Of a stretch of DNA of 64,000 nt, positions 24,120 through 37,595 are shown piece by piece. The notes under the pieces were generated by a model. It worked only from the letters and a program-made list of their open reading frames with translations, made no database searches and was not told the DNA's origin. The stretch is from assembly GCF_001194135.2 (NCBI RefSeq), contig NC_068981.1, forward strand, positions 92,528,292 through 92,592,291, given 5' to 3'. The stretch is from Octopus bimaculoides (taxonomy: Eukaryota). Made by a program: the position numbers and the translations under genes. The stretch's first letter is position 1; every line of letters begins with the position of its first letter.

Positions 24120-25780
24120 TGTGTGTGTGAATGTATGATCAAACAGACAGCAAACTTGTTAAAGTTTGTTTGCTTCGGCCCGACATGTATAGCACAATCA
24201 ATGAAATGAGTGCAGTGATCTTACATTTGAAAGGGTCCAACATTTCGGATAGAATTTTCTGCAGGGGAGAGAGCAATCTAGCAGCAACTTATAAGAAATG
24301 ATTCATACATGAGCTTCATACATGAGCAAAAATTTTTATGATGAGCAGTGGAAGAAAGTAGAAATATAGAAGGGTGGAATGAGAAGAACCATACAAAGAC
24401 GAGAGTGAGGCGAAGAGAAAACATGACGTGGTGGGGTGAAACGGAAGAAAGAGCTTAATGAACTGACAGGTATATAAGAGTGGAAGAATGAAGGAAAAAA
24501 TCTTTTATTTAAAATGTAATTGCATCATCATGTCCATTTCAAATATAAAACGTTGTGCTCACTCTACCGTTTGCTTCAGAATGCTTTTCCATGCTTTGCG
24601 GTGATATTGCAAGCTAAAGTGTGCTCTGTAGAGTGGAAGTAAGTATTGTCGGGTTGCCCTGACATGAATATATATATACGTTTGCATGCTTAGTNNNNNN
24701 NNNNTATATATATATGTACGTGTATGTGTGTATATGTTTGCATGTTATTATGAACGTGTACATACGTAGATATATATAGTAGTATGAATCATGTAAACTA
24801 ATGATGGGATTGTAATTAGATGCACTGCATTTCACGTTAATACAGGCAGTCGACCCTTATTTACGAGCCCGCTTTAATGAGAAGATAACTGTCTCTAGAA
24901 GATAGCTGCCCCATGAAGACTGCTGTCTCAAAAAGATTGTTGCGACAAAAAAATGTATGTCTAACACGTCCACCACACCATTAATTAATCACTTCTTCGT
25001 TTACCAAGTACAAGAAGTGTTCGTGTAAGTATGTGTGCATATGGAGTCTTGTTATCAAAATTACGGAGCAAACTGGATTGATGGACATTACGTGGTAATT
25101 TGAAAAAAAAAAAAAAAAGACTAGTATTCAATCTGCTGTAATCGGTAATTTGATCATCCGGCAAGTGATAGTTACATGGCCCGTTTCCTGTCAGATAACC
25201 TGCTGTCATTTTTCGTTCCTAATAATGGCTTACAGTCTTTAATATAATTGTAAGCACCAACAAAACGCGTGTCTGTGTGTTTGTTTCATTTTATGCGTTT
25301 AGTTATGTATTTAGCAGGGAGAAAAAAAAAATCGAAAAAAAAAAACGAATGAATACGAAATTCGTCGTTCCTTCATTCATCAAAATGAGAAAGTAACTGA
25401 AAATAAAGTACGTTAAATTCGACCATTCTCTGAAAGTTGTGTGAAATATATCACTGAAAGTCAGAGAGTTTTTGAGTATTAGTATACATGAAATGAAATG
25501 TTAATAAATGTGTCGGTACGTACAACGAGCAATCATATAAATGCGTCTGGCACTTACTGCGAAAAGGATTCGGATGATTTGAAGTGTACTAGATTAGCAG
25601 TGTTGTAGATACTGCAGAGTAGGTTTGCTCCGAGACAATGATTTTGCGAAAAGGAACTCTGGAACACTTAGGCGCACCTGCGCCTACGCACCACACACAC
25701 GCAAACAGACAGACAAGCAGTCAGACAGACACGCACATACACACATCTACACACACAGACACAGACACACACACACACAC

Positions 25781-25840
<60 letters not shown>

Positions 25841-26444
25841 NNNNNNNNNNNNNNNNNNNNNNNNNNNNNNNNNNNNNNNNNNNNNNNNNNNNNNNNNNNN
25901 NNNNNNNNNNNNNNNNNNNNNNNNNNNNNNNNNNNNNNNNNNNNNNNNNNNNNNNNNNNNNNNNNNNNNNNNNNNNNNNNNNNNNNNNNNNNNNNNNNNN
26001 NNNNNNNNNNNNNNNNNNNNNNNNNNNNNNNNNNNNNNNNNNNNNNATATATATATATATATATATATACATATGTATGTATACATATTTATTTCTTCTT
26101 TGAGGCTTCAATTGTTATTTCGAATAATTTCTGTAGAAATATGCTGAATCTTCTCTCTAGACCCTCTCCTGTGGACATCAAAACCTCATATAACAAGATT
26201 AGTCGAAAACTCGTGGATGGACATCATACTAGAAAACCAACTGTTGATAGTCATTCTCCCTAATTCTTCGTTGTCAATAATAAGGAGTGTCGTGTTCTCC
26301 AGCTTGCTATTAACTTTTCCAGGCCCGTTACAGGTCCCTTGGTGACGGATAAAATATGTATATTGTATCAACCGAGAAAAGACATTAGTACCCTGTTTAT
26401 CGCGAGCGCAAAAAAGATCAATGAATTGTATTTCACGCTTCTTA

Positions 26445-26555
26445 GGTTCTACCACTTTTGGGGTCGGGAAAATAAGTAACAGGTGAGCACTGGGGTTGGT
26501 GTTATTGACTAACCCCCATATCGATATGCTGGTCTTGTGCCAAAATTGTAAACCG
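26445..26555 (+). mobile_element. SINE family A, 3' half
   Basis: TTTTGGGGTCGGGAAAATAAGTAACAGGTGAGCACTGGGGTTGGTGTTATTGACT..GGTCTTGTGCCAAAATT. Confidence 0.65.
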
Positions 26556-29500
26556 ATATTATTTTGGGATATGTATAGTCTCGCATGGTAGGAGAACTAT
26601 TCTGTGGTTGACATCATCAGTGAGTTCTGTGGTTGACGCATTTATGAAACTATCTAGCATGTATAGATCATTTAATTTTGCATAGACTTATTATATATAG
26701 AAATATTCGCAAGAATACTTTATATATTCTATCATATGCTTCCTAAAAATTAGATTTTCTCTCGCTTTAAGATGTACACACCGATATGCATACCAATCAG
26801 AAAGCGAAATTTTGTATTATTGCTTCACCAGAAACATATATGGTAATTTATTATTTTACATACCAGTTACTACGTATCTATTTGCAAATAAAATTATATA
26901 GCACGAAATAAAGCGTTTTAACTTAGACGCCCGGATAGAAAATTTGAGGAAATATGTAATCATTTCAATTTACATCATTATATGACTAGAGCATAAAGAG
27001 AATGTTGAACTCAGCGAATTATAATCCACAATACAAAAGAATATAGATAATTATTGTTTTACCAATTGTATCTTCAGTCTGCCACCTTCCCACCTAATAA
27101 CATTAAATAATAAAAATGATTGTATTATAACAGCCTCTTTACCTAAAGTTGAATACAACACATTAAATAGCTATTAGAATAAATGAATCCTTCAAGTGCC
27201 TCACATCCAATAACTGCTTAGATTAATTCGCTAGGTTTTAAAATTTGAAAAACTCGGAGGTATGACTTTATCTTGATGCTAGAGCTCATCACATAGAAAT
27301 CACTTCTGATGTTTGTATACGCTTGATTCAATTCCTAGCTTTTCTTTTGATCTGTGTAAATTTTAAAAAGGAGGCCTTCTTCAAATTTCATATCTTTAAA
27401 ATTGCATTTTATTTAAATAATGTGTTATAGATATAATTGCCTAATTCCATATTTTTATATTGGATCCATTTCATTCTGTTGTTTCCACTTCATTCAGTTT
27501 CTTTATGTTTTCTAGGTGGGGAAAATTGTCATTAAGAAATAAATTTCTTTCACTATTTTGTTATTAAACATCAGCCTATCACAACTGCGAAAGACTGTAT
27601 GCCTGTTTTTCCAAATAAACAAAAAGGTATGCATTTTCTGTTTTTTACAACCACATTATTTAATATATACAGGCGTATAAAGGATATCGTATTTTGATAT
27701 TGACAAGCATCTTATAGCTAGTTTTAGCATTTCAACAATACTGATATGCGAATGCAATTTATGTATTTTTTGTACGCATGGAGTTATTAAAATGAAATAA
27801 TACTTTACTCTTTTTTTTTTGTTGTTGTTTGTGAGGTGACATATTATTACTTTGTTTTGTGAGAGCCGTCAAGTCTAATGTTGAGACATTGAGATATGAA
27901 ACTGCATAAAATTATGAAATATGGAAACAAATATTAATGAAAAAATTCGTTACACGTGACCAATAATTTTCTTTTTAAGCAACCAAATTTCGAATAATTT
28001 TGATGATAATATAGAAGCAAGGATAAAAATGAAAGACGTTTAAAATGTCAAGCTAAATATCAGATGACAATACTGAATAAAATAATGGCTTAATTTTTTT
28101 TTTCATCGTTTATTTGCGCATTATGTTATTTTGAAGGAATACTAATATAAAAGTGTAAATTAATCATATCACAAATAACGTTGGCTAGAGAATTAACACA
28201 TCAGGCAACAAATCACACAGTTTTCTACTGAGAGCGCAGATATTTCTCTCCAAATAAAACATTCTATGTGCTGAATACACATGTTGCTTAGGAAATGAAA
28301 TTGGAACGCGAATATTATCTTTATGTCACTTACCTAATGGTATAATATGATGCAAATCATGATTTATACATTCTTAAATGTATAATTTTCAAAGTATTAC
28401 TTTAAAATATCCCCAGATGCAAAACATTGAAATTGCAGCCCAAAATATATTTAAAATTGACTGCATCCAAATCATATGAATTTATTGCAGTGCTAAATAT
28501 AATGACTGCTAAATATAATGAGCTGTTCTAATATAAATTCATGGAGTGCATTACACATAAACATTTCATCCATTACTGAACGACTAAATGTAAGATAAAA
28601 ATCGTCGTAGAAAATGTGAGAATAAATAGATTAAAACTAAATGTTGCTAGGTATTTAGTCAGTTGATCTATACTTCTTGCTAAACATAAGTACAAATCAT
28701 CAACACTGGTGTGGGACAAAATAATAATGACTAAAGTTCATTTAGAAAAACTACACGGTAAAATTCAACTGGAAGCGATATACTCCGCTATTCAACTAGC
28801 TCAATTTTACTCCTTGAACGCAATCGTCTTCCTGAGAACCAATGAGATGGAGATATGGGATATAAGGTAATTCTACTTAATATAACTAAGCTTGTTAAAT
28901 CCAACTGAAACCACCATATGTTACTTCTTGTTTATGAAGAATTGCAAAATCTGTTTACTTTATTATCAAAATTTTCTTGATTGCGACAACGCTTAAGACG
29001 TTGTAAGTAGCATTATGCAACGAAGTCCCGGTGGATGAAACGCAGTTCTACTTTAGATAACACTGAAAGAATTTTACTAGTACTTCTTCTTCGTTAATAC
29101 TTCTTCACTAGTACTCGTGACAATATGCTGGAACCTCTGCCGTTAAGTAATACAAGCATTGGATTTAGTCTTATACAATAAGAGCTACCGCATACAAATA
29201 CAGACACACACATTGTTTCCCGCTAATATTTATAATATCTAACAGCTACATGCTAAATGACGTTATAAAACGTCATAAAACCGATGTCTATCATATTTTG
29301 AAATCATTTATCATTTTAAAACAAAAGAACTTTCTTTCTCATAATAGCGCACATGAGAACTAATATTTTTAGACAAGTGAACTCTCACGTCTGTCGACTA
29401 TTCGAACACTTGTCCCAACATTTTGTTTTCAATATGCTGCTGGAATGACATACACGTTAATTCAGTCATCTTTTCTACGACTGTCTATCAATCTATTTTT

Positions 29501-29777
29501 TGCTAACTGACACTATCCTACCGCATCCTCACACTCTCTTTCTACTGTTTTGAATATATTTCTGATAAGAGAAAAGATACATGATAAAAGTAATGGGATC
29601 TTAATGACAGATTCCATTAGCAAGAATTTCGTATATTCTTACTACTACCTGTAACAGCATTACGAATCTTATTGTATTTGTCATATCTTTAGTTTCAGCC
29701 TTTGTATTTTATTTCTTTACGGTAACGTCAAACCCTTTTAATATACATACACTAAGATACACACGCGCGCACACACT

Positions 29778-29810
<33 letters not shown>

Positions 29811-29995
29811 NNNNNNNNNNNNNNNNNNNNNNNNNNNNNNNNNNNNNNNNNNNNNNNNNNNNNNNNNNNNNNNNNNNNNNNNNNNNNNNNNNNNNNNNNN
29901 NNNNNNNNNNNNNNNNNNNNNNNNNNNNNNNNNNNNNNNNNNNNNNNNNNNNNNNNNNNNNNNNNNNNNNNNNNNNNNNNNNNNNNNNNNNATAT

Positions 29996-30060
<65 letters not shown>

Positions 30061-32965
30061 GACAGAGAGAGAGAGTGAGTGAGAAAGAGAGAAAGAAAGA
30101 GAGATACATATATGTATCTATGTAGATAGACAGATATTTACATACATACATAATAAATACATACATGAATACATACATATGTGCGAGTAGGTATGAATAT
30201 TTATATATACATACATATATGTGTGTGGGTATGCATGCATAGATATGCATCCTTGAATACTCATATGTAAGATGTATCAATGCGCACATAGACGTACATA
30301 CAGGTGTGAATACATATACACAAATGTAGATGTAGATATACTGACGCCCCCCCCCCCCACCGAGACGTGTATATAGTAGAGTGATAGAAAATAGGAATGT
30401 TCCCTCTCGTAAAGGAATACATTTTATTTTAGACACATACCACTAGTACATGATTTCTTAATAATTATAATCAAAATTTAAAGTCTAAACCTACAATCTG
30501 TGGTACGACATGGCTTCCTTTCCAGGCAGGGTTAGTGCAAAATTTCTCACCTCATAATTTCGAAGAGGTATCAGCACATTCCGTAACGTTTATGTATACA
30601 AAGGAAATGCATATCGCGTAATGTATGTAAAGAGAAGTTGTGTGCAGGAATATAAGATTTAAGCATTAGAATATAGGAAAGTAATATGCCTTTCCGGCTC
30701 TTTCTACATATAATAACACGGCTCCAAAATTTAATGATTGATAATTACATTAAATGCAAATGTTGGCAAAAACGATCATATAGGAATGGAAGGTTGAAAT
30801 ATATAACAGTGATTATATCACTGCATTAGGGCATTCGATATATTCTGTGTTCATACATAATATAAGTAGAAACATATCTATCTATCTATCAATATATAGA
30901 TATATGTGTATGTGTGTTGGAGTGAATGAAGGAGAGGGTGTGATTAATTTTTATATGCATATATGTATGTGTATATGTGTATCTGTGTGTGAGTGTGTAT
31001 GTTTGTGTGCATGTAAGTGTGTGTGCGTGGTTGAACCTAACGGTACGCATACACATGTGTATTGATATATTCTGTCAGATATTTTCAAATCAGAATAATG
31101 TAATTATTAACATCCTCTATGCTTATGTATAATATGTTCGCCAGATACCACATAAATATCTCTATTAGCTAAAATATACGCATGAAGATTTTAAGAAATA
31201 TAAAAAATATGACAAAACTTCACGAAGTAAATGTAGTTTCAATGTATAAATACAGTAATATGCACTTACTTTTACATATACACACATCTCTCTCTCTCTC
31301 TCTCTCTCTNNNNNNNNNNNNNNNNNNNNNNNNNNNNNNNNNNNNNNNNNNNNNNNNNNNNNNNNNNNNNNNNNNNNNNNNNNNNNNNNNNNNNNNNNNN
31401 NNNNNNNNNNNNNNNNNNNNNNNNNNNNNNNNNNNNNNNNNNNNNNNNNNNNNNNNNNNNNNNNNNNNNNNNNNNNNNNNNNNNNNNNNNNNNNTATATA
31501 TATATATATATATATATGAAGAAAAGCAACAAAAATTCAATAGGTTATAGCAGTACGTACGTTTCGTACAAACTTCATTTATTCATGTAGTGAGAACACT
31601 ACATAAAATGTGTAATGAAAATGTACGCCTCAGCTGCATAATGGAATTTCATTTTAGAAAGTCATTTTGTAGATGTGTGCCAAAAACAAGAGTAAGCGAA
31701 GAAAAAATACCATCTTGACTGGGCTGTTGTTCAACATTCTATCTATATAACTCCTGTAGGCTGAAGTAATTGACATATGAAATGGATGAAATAGAGGTAC
31801 ATGTATGATTCTCTAGATCTCGACGACTCGACTCTACCGAACTCGACGTCTAGTCTACCGATGGCTCCGTCTTGCTCTTCCGCCCATCCACTCTACTCGA
31901 CGCTTTTCGTCTAGCTATTTATACGTATTGGACTAGCATATTTATCGCCTAGTTATATCTGGGTATGTATGTAGACAAAAACACACAGACACACACATAC
32001 ATATGTGCATATATAAAGATATGCACGTGTGGATGCGTGTTATGTATATAGCTACATATATGACATACATATATACTCATGTATACTTTATATATATATA
32101 CATATACGGTTATGTATATCCATACTTGTATCATATACTACACTTCCATTGCAGTCATGACGCAGAGGGAAAGAGAGCTCAGAGGGTGAGTAAGATTATG
32201 CGTTGGAAATAAATTCATGATCTACGTTACAACTGTACACATTTCTATGAAAATTTCGCTGTTATTAATCTCAATCTTTCATCAGTCTTTCAACCCTCTA
32301 CCTATTAACTACGAAAATACATTCTACCGAGCTGTTTAATTGAACACTTTATTTTGCCAAGCTGTGTTTTAGAATTATTTCATACCAAATTTTCATATAC
32401 GAATCATACAATATCAAGTTATCAGCACATCTGCAATTTATGAGTTTACCGATACTTTTATAACATCAGGCTGTCTAGACCATGAATACAGCAATTTCTT
32501 GTGAATCAGCTTAGGTTTACATTTACAGTTACTCACGCAACATAAAAATTAGACAGCAAATCCCCATATAACACAGGAGACATAATACATGTAAAACACT
32601 AACAAAGGAAAAATCCAAATTAACACTAGCAAGAATTATGTAAGCTTCTCCATGCCACTTTAACTGTTTGTCTCACCAGACAATTCTGTTTCATATCAGA
32701 ATATAGCTGAATTGGTCGTCCTGGAGATATTATGACACAACACTGGAAACATAATTTTACTTCTAGAAAGCATTTTACTCAAAATTTTGTTTGATTAAAA
32801 ATGACCTGAAGGACTACAAAATATTGCAATATAGTATGCAATTATTGATATTTTACAGCAATTCACGGTAGTGGTATAAAAAAACTAAATAATGATATAA
32901 TCAGATTGTTAATCTTGACCATTTTTTTCAAATTATATATTTAATATTCCATTTACAATTCCGCA

Positions 32966-33219
32966 TAAGTCGACTTTGTCTATCATCCTTTCAGTGTCGA
33001 TAAAGTAAGTACCAGTTGAATACTGGAGCTCAATGTAATCGACTTGTCCCCTTACTCGAAATTTCTTGTCTTGAACCAAAATTTGAAACTAATATTGCAT
33101 TTACAATAAGGTGGTAAGCTGTCAAAATGGTTAGCACGCCAGTTGTTTAGCGACCTTTCGTTTATCGTTTCGGTTTGAGTGCAAAGTCCGTCGAGGTCGA
33201 CTTTGCATTGCATAATCCT

Positions 33220-33225
<6 letters not shown>
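32966..33225 (+). mobile_element. Two SINE family A pieces in tandem (3' half at 32966-33095, 5' half at 33110-33220)
   Basis: GTCGACTTTGTCTATCATCCTTTCAGTGTCGATAAAGTAAGTACCAGTT is followed by GGTGGTAAGCTGTCAAAATGGTTAGCACGCC..GAGGTCGACTTTGC. Confidence 0.75.
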
Positions 33226-33670
<445 letters not shown>

Positions 33671-33784
33671 ACAGCTGAGCCGAGAAGTTTTGGTGCACAA
33701 CTCTGGAGAATTTGAGAAGGGAATGAATTACACAAGTCATCCTTTTCAACCTGGGAAAATGATCTGTTTTTTGTGATCATATGT

Positions 33785-33998
33785 ATGTGTTGTCGATTAT
33801 CTCAATCCCTCCATCACATGAACATGGTCTGAAGAGGGTCCCAAGTGTGCCACACGTGAGATGCCGAAATGATCGGAAAGCAACGTCTGAAATGTAGGTT
33901 TTATTGCTGTAGAACATAACGTGCCGTCCGGTTCGGGAATCGAACCCACGATCTAGCAATCGTGAATGCAATGCCTTATCTACTAAGACCCGCACCTA
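33785..33998 (-). mobile_element. tRNA-derived SINE, family C-type head with a different body
   Basis: The minus strand reads GGTGCGGGTCTTAGTAGATAAGGCATTGCATTCACGATTGCTAGATCGTGGGTTCGATTCCCGAACCGG, with a clear B-box GGTTCGATTCC. Confidence 0.72.
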
Positions 33999-34029
33999 CA
34001 TAAACACACATAGACACACGCACAATATA

Positions 34030-34278
34030 TTGGGTTGGTGCATAATTATTGCGGCTTATTTCAACAAATTTTATTCAACAAAAGCAATACCAATATTTAA
34101 CAAAAACATCTTTAAATGACGGTCTGACCGTCTGCCAACCAAATGGGAAGCATTAATTGAAGTAGATAGTGATTATGCTCCGGAATAATCATTTAAAATG
34201 TTTTTGTTACATATTGTTATTGTTTCTGTTGTATAAAATTTGTTGAAAACAAGCCGCAATAATTATGCACCAACCCAA
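34030..34278 (+). mobile_element. Mariner-derived MITE / internal-deletion derivative (249 bp)
   Basis: TIRs of about 43 bp (TTGGGTTGGTGCATAATTATTGCGGCTT.. / ..AAGCCGCAATAATTATGCACCAACCCAA) are flanked by TA on both sides and resemble Hsmar1/MADE1-type TIRs. The interior encodes ..DRLPTKWEALIEVDSDYAPE*, like the mariner transposase C-terminus (LPERW...G.Y). Confidence 0.9.
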
Positions 34279-35171
34279 TATATTCACCTTAACAATGTTA
34301 ACATTTTGTAACTTCTTCCCTTCCAATTTTCGTGTTCCACCTCCAGACTTCTAGGGGATTTGTATTATATTCCAAATTATTTTCTATTTGGCTCCATTTT
34401 ATTTATTTATTCTTAGTCCATTACAACACTAACTACTAGATTTAATGAACACTTAGCATATATTCCTTCCCTATGTCTGTCCGCCACTCTATTTCGTACT
34501 TTTAACTTATATCTCTTCTTAGCGAAATTACTACTATCAGAAAGTTTCGTTTTGTCGAAATCAGTTTTGAGATATACGTATCGCTTAAACTTAAACCCAA
34601 ACAATAAGAACTGCTGGTAAATAATATTCTAATTCAGTATCAACTATCATGTACTTTCTTTAATACACGTTTAGAACAGTACTGAAGTAGAAGAACTTAG
34701 TAAATGAGCGATATCATATAGAAGAATATCTATATTTACACACATTTATGCGCATGCATAGACGTACACACATAAGCAGACATATAGAGACATATATATG
34801 TGTGAGTATATGTGTGTGAGTGTGTGTATGTATGTGTGTGATGTGTGTGTGTGCGCGCGCGTGTGTGTGTGTGTGTGGGTGTGTGTGTGTGTGTTTTTGT
34901 GTAACCGTATATGCATATGTATATTCGTAAATAGTTCAATAGATTGTTTTAGCACAATGATACGAGTGTACAAGCTGGCAACCATCTATAATCATCAAGT
35001 GAGATATCTAAATATTCGACTATAAAGTGTCCCAAAAAGAAATGATGCGGAAAATATGTTAAAAAAATTATTCAGCTTTTGTAAATTGTAGTATGACAAA
35101 ACAATAGTTTGAAATATATAATTTATTCTCATGAGTTAACGGTAAGGGGCTATCGTTATATTTATATATAT

Positions 35172-35459
35172 AGTGCAGGCACGTAGCTTAGTGGTTAGGA
35201 CATTCGTTTTACGATCGTATGGTCACGAGTTCGATCTCTTCCGGCGAAGATTGTGTCTTTTGACCAAGACATTTTAATTCACGTTGCATCTGTTCATGCA
35301 ACTGGGAAAAATAAGTTGTACGTGTCTTTCAAAGAACCATGCATATCACATTCTCCTTGAGAACTACTTTTGCGGAGTGAACCAGCACTTGTGCTCGTTA
35401 ATATCATGAGCAAGTTGTTCTAATGAACACTCATCGTCGCAACCGACGGAGTGCAAGGT

Positions 35460-35460
<1 letters not shown>
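35172..35460 (+). mobile_element. tRNA-derived CORE-type SINE (family C tail), decayed
   Basis: Head GTAGCTTAGTGGTTAGG..GAGTTCGATC, CORE-like TTGTGTCTTTTGACCAAGACATTTTAATTCAC, and tail CTCATCGTCGCAACCGACGGAGTGC as in 9045-9070. Confidence 0.75.
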
Positions 35461-35500
<40 letters not shown>

Positions 35501-35503
<3 letters not shown>

Positions 35504-35653
35504 GAGGTCTGATGAAAAAGCATTGAGAGTGTCGTTATGGTATCGGGCTAAAATACACAAACTGAAGTCGCTTGACACGCTCAGTTCCTGGAGTGAGACT
35601 GTGGAGACTCTAACAATGACTATGACAGAGAAAATTGAATCGGGAATCTGCAG
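35501..35653 (+). mobile_element. Mariner 5' end (TIR plus transposase start), truncated
   Basis: After (TA)n comes CACGAGGTCTGATGAAAAAG, which is like a mariner TIR. The ATG at 35622 begins MTEKIESGIC, similar to mariner N-termini (M.EK.E.R.CIKF). Confidence 0.55.
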
Positions 35654-35859
35654 TTTTGTAGGAGTCTCCAGCAGCCATCTAGAAGTACATGGTCAATCGC
35701 GCGTCCCACACGTGTAGTTCTAGAATATCAAGTATAGTGTCGCAGCCCAGCATGTTGTCATCAGGAGCAGGCGATGCGCAACCAATGGCATTCCGCAAAG
35801 TCTAGGAGCAACATACCGCTTTCGTTCCAAGCACCGAATCCAAAAGGCTCTCAGTACTG

Positions 35860-36970
35860 GTGACCAGCCAGACATTCAACTGTAACCTGCCGTCAGATGA
35901 TGAAGTTGGTACGGCGGCAAATCAGCCGAAGGGCAAGAAGGCAACTAGGGTTTCTTACATCTATGAGATGCTGATGAATAATAGTGAGCCTGCTGCAGTT
36001 TTTTTTTTCTTTTTTGCGACAGATCATCTGCTCTATTTGGATCAGAGGCATCATACCGGCTGGTTGGAAGAGGGGCAGAATTGTCTCACTTCGAAAAGGT
36101 AAAGGTGACCACCACTATTCCAACAATTACATTGTTAAACTCATCCCGTTATGGTGTTTGCCAGGGTCATCTTCGATCTCAGCAACCAGAGCAGTCGACG
36201 TCTTATAGGATCTTGGCTTTTAAACTAGAATTGCAAACTTAGATTTTGCTGATGTAACAGATATTCTTGATGAGTCTCTTGGTGCCTTATGGAGTCTTCC
36301 CATTTCTCTGAGTGAGGAAGCTGAACCACTTGCCCTTAGAGTGCCTTGGGTCAAAACAAAAATCTAGTCTTTCGTTGGCCTCTTGGTCGACTCCAACTTG
36401 TCTGTCTCTGTTGCGGGAGTGGTGGAAAGTCGAAGTTGGTCATGCGATTCATAGCAGCATCAGCTGCGATTCTAAAGGTCTAAAATGATTGCGACGAGCG
36501 CTGCAGATGAATGTGCAAGACGATAATGGCTGGAGTTTTTAGGCCTATGCTTATTACTGTCCTGTTCTATATTTGTGAGACTTGGACAATGCCCGGGGAC
36601 TTTAGGAGCCTCCTAAACATATGTAGTACCACGATGCTACACAGGATTATGGGTTACCATTGGTCGTATTTCAGATCTAACCAACTGTTCTCAGTAACTA
36701 AGATGCCTCCTACTAACTGTATGATTCGGAAGCGCCAGCTCAAACTAGCCATGTAGCTCGATTTTCTGAACTAGACCCTGCTTACCATGTTCTCTTCACT
36801 GAGGATCCGGCTTAGTTGATAATTCCAGTTAGCCTACATCCTACCGCATGGCCCCAGCAGATAGGGAAATACTTTGCGGTGGTTGACTCTGACTGGTAGT
36901 CTGTTCAACGGGTCGCCCGGGAGAGCCCAGATATATACAGCTAATGACCCCGCACCGGCAACAGCTCATG
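35860..36970 (+). mobile_element. RTE-clade LINE, internally deleted and decayed RT to 3' region
   Basis: LPSDDEV..KGKKATRV..YEML; IWIRGIIPAGWKRGRIVSLRKGKGD..NNY; after a deletion NLDFADVTDIL..LSEEAEPLALRVPWVKTKI; then VFRPMLITVLFYICETWT..LHRIMGYHW..SN..IRKRQL. These are RTE RT and thumb motifs. Confidence 0.85.
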
Positions 36971-37028
36971 AACACACACTTAAGTTTAACTGAATAAACA
37001 TGAGTATTTTTCGGCATCAGAAGAAATA

Positions 37029-37083
<55 letters not shown>

Positions 37084-37533
37084 TGTGTGTATGTGTGTGT
37101 ATGTGTATGTGTGTGTGCGTGTGTGTGTGTGTGTGTGTGCGTATGTGCGTGTGCGCGCATATACATATATATTTGGGGTGGTGCAAGTGTGCCTCTGTAT
37201 TTGAGCTCAAATTAACTTTGTAAGTACATGCAGAGTAGACTTCGAGAACAAAGTGTCATTATTACGATAATGATTTAAATGTTTCTTTGTTTTACGGAAT
37301 TTTTTTATAGTTTCTAGGTTGAATGGGAAGGAAAAAATGTATATATTATGAAAAAAGTAAATGCAAATCATGTTAGCTAAAGAAAGCGAAATGTACGAAG
37401 AATGTAGCTTCTAAAATAGACATTAGTATAGAGATACAATTCTATTTTGAAAGTCTTTCCAAAAATGGTGCTGGTATGTTAGAATTAATGCGTTTAAACT
37501 TACATGAACTTAAGTTTGTATTGATGTGTACAT

Positions 37534-37595
<62 letters not shown>

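Noticed and set aside
26600-29700. Long repeat-poor AT-rich stretch searched for exons or conserved elements (also 40200-43800 and 57600-59100)
   Set aside because: I could not support any ORF, paired splice signals with a recognisable product, or repeat structure by eye.
36995-37030. Possible 3' TIR of the mariner starting at 35501
   Set aside because: Only TTTTT..CATCAGA matches, which is too weak.
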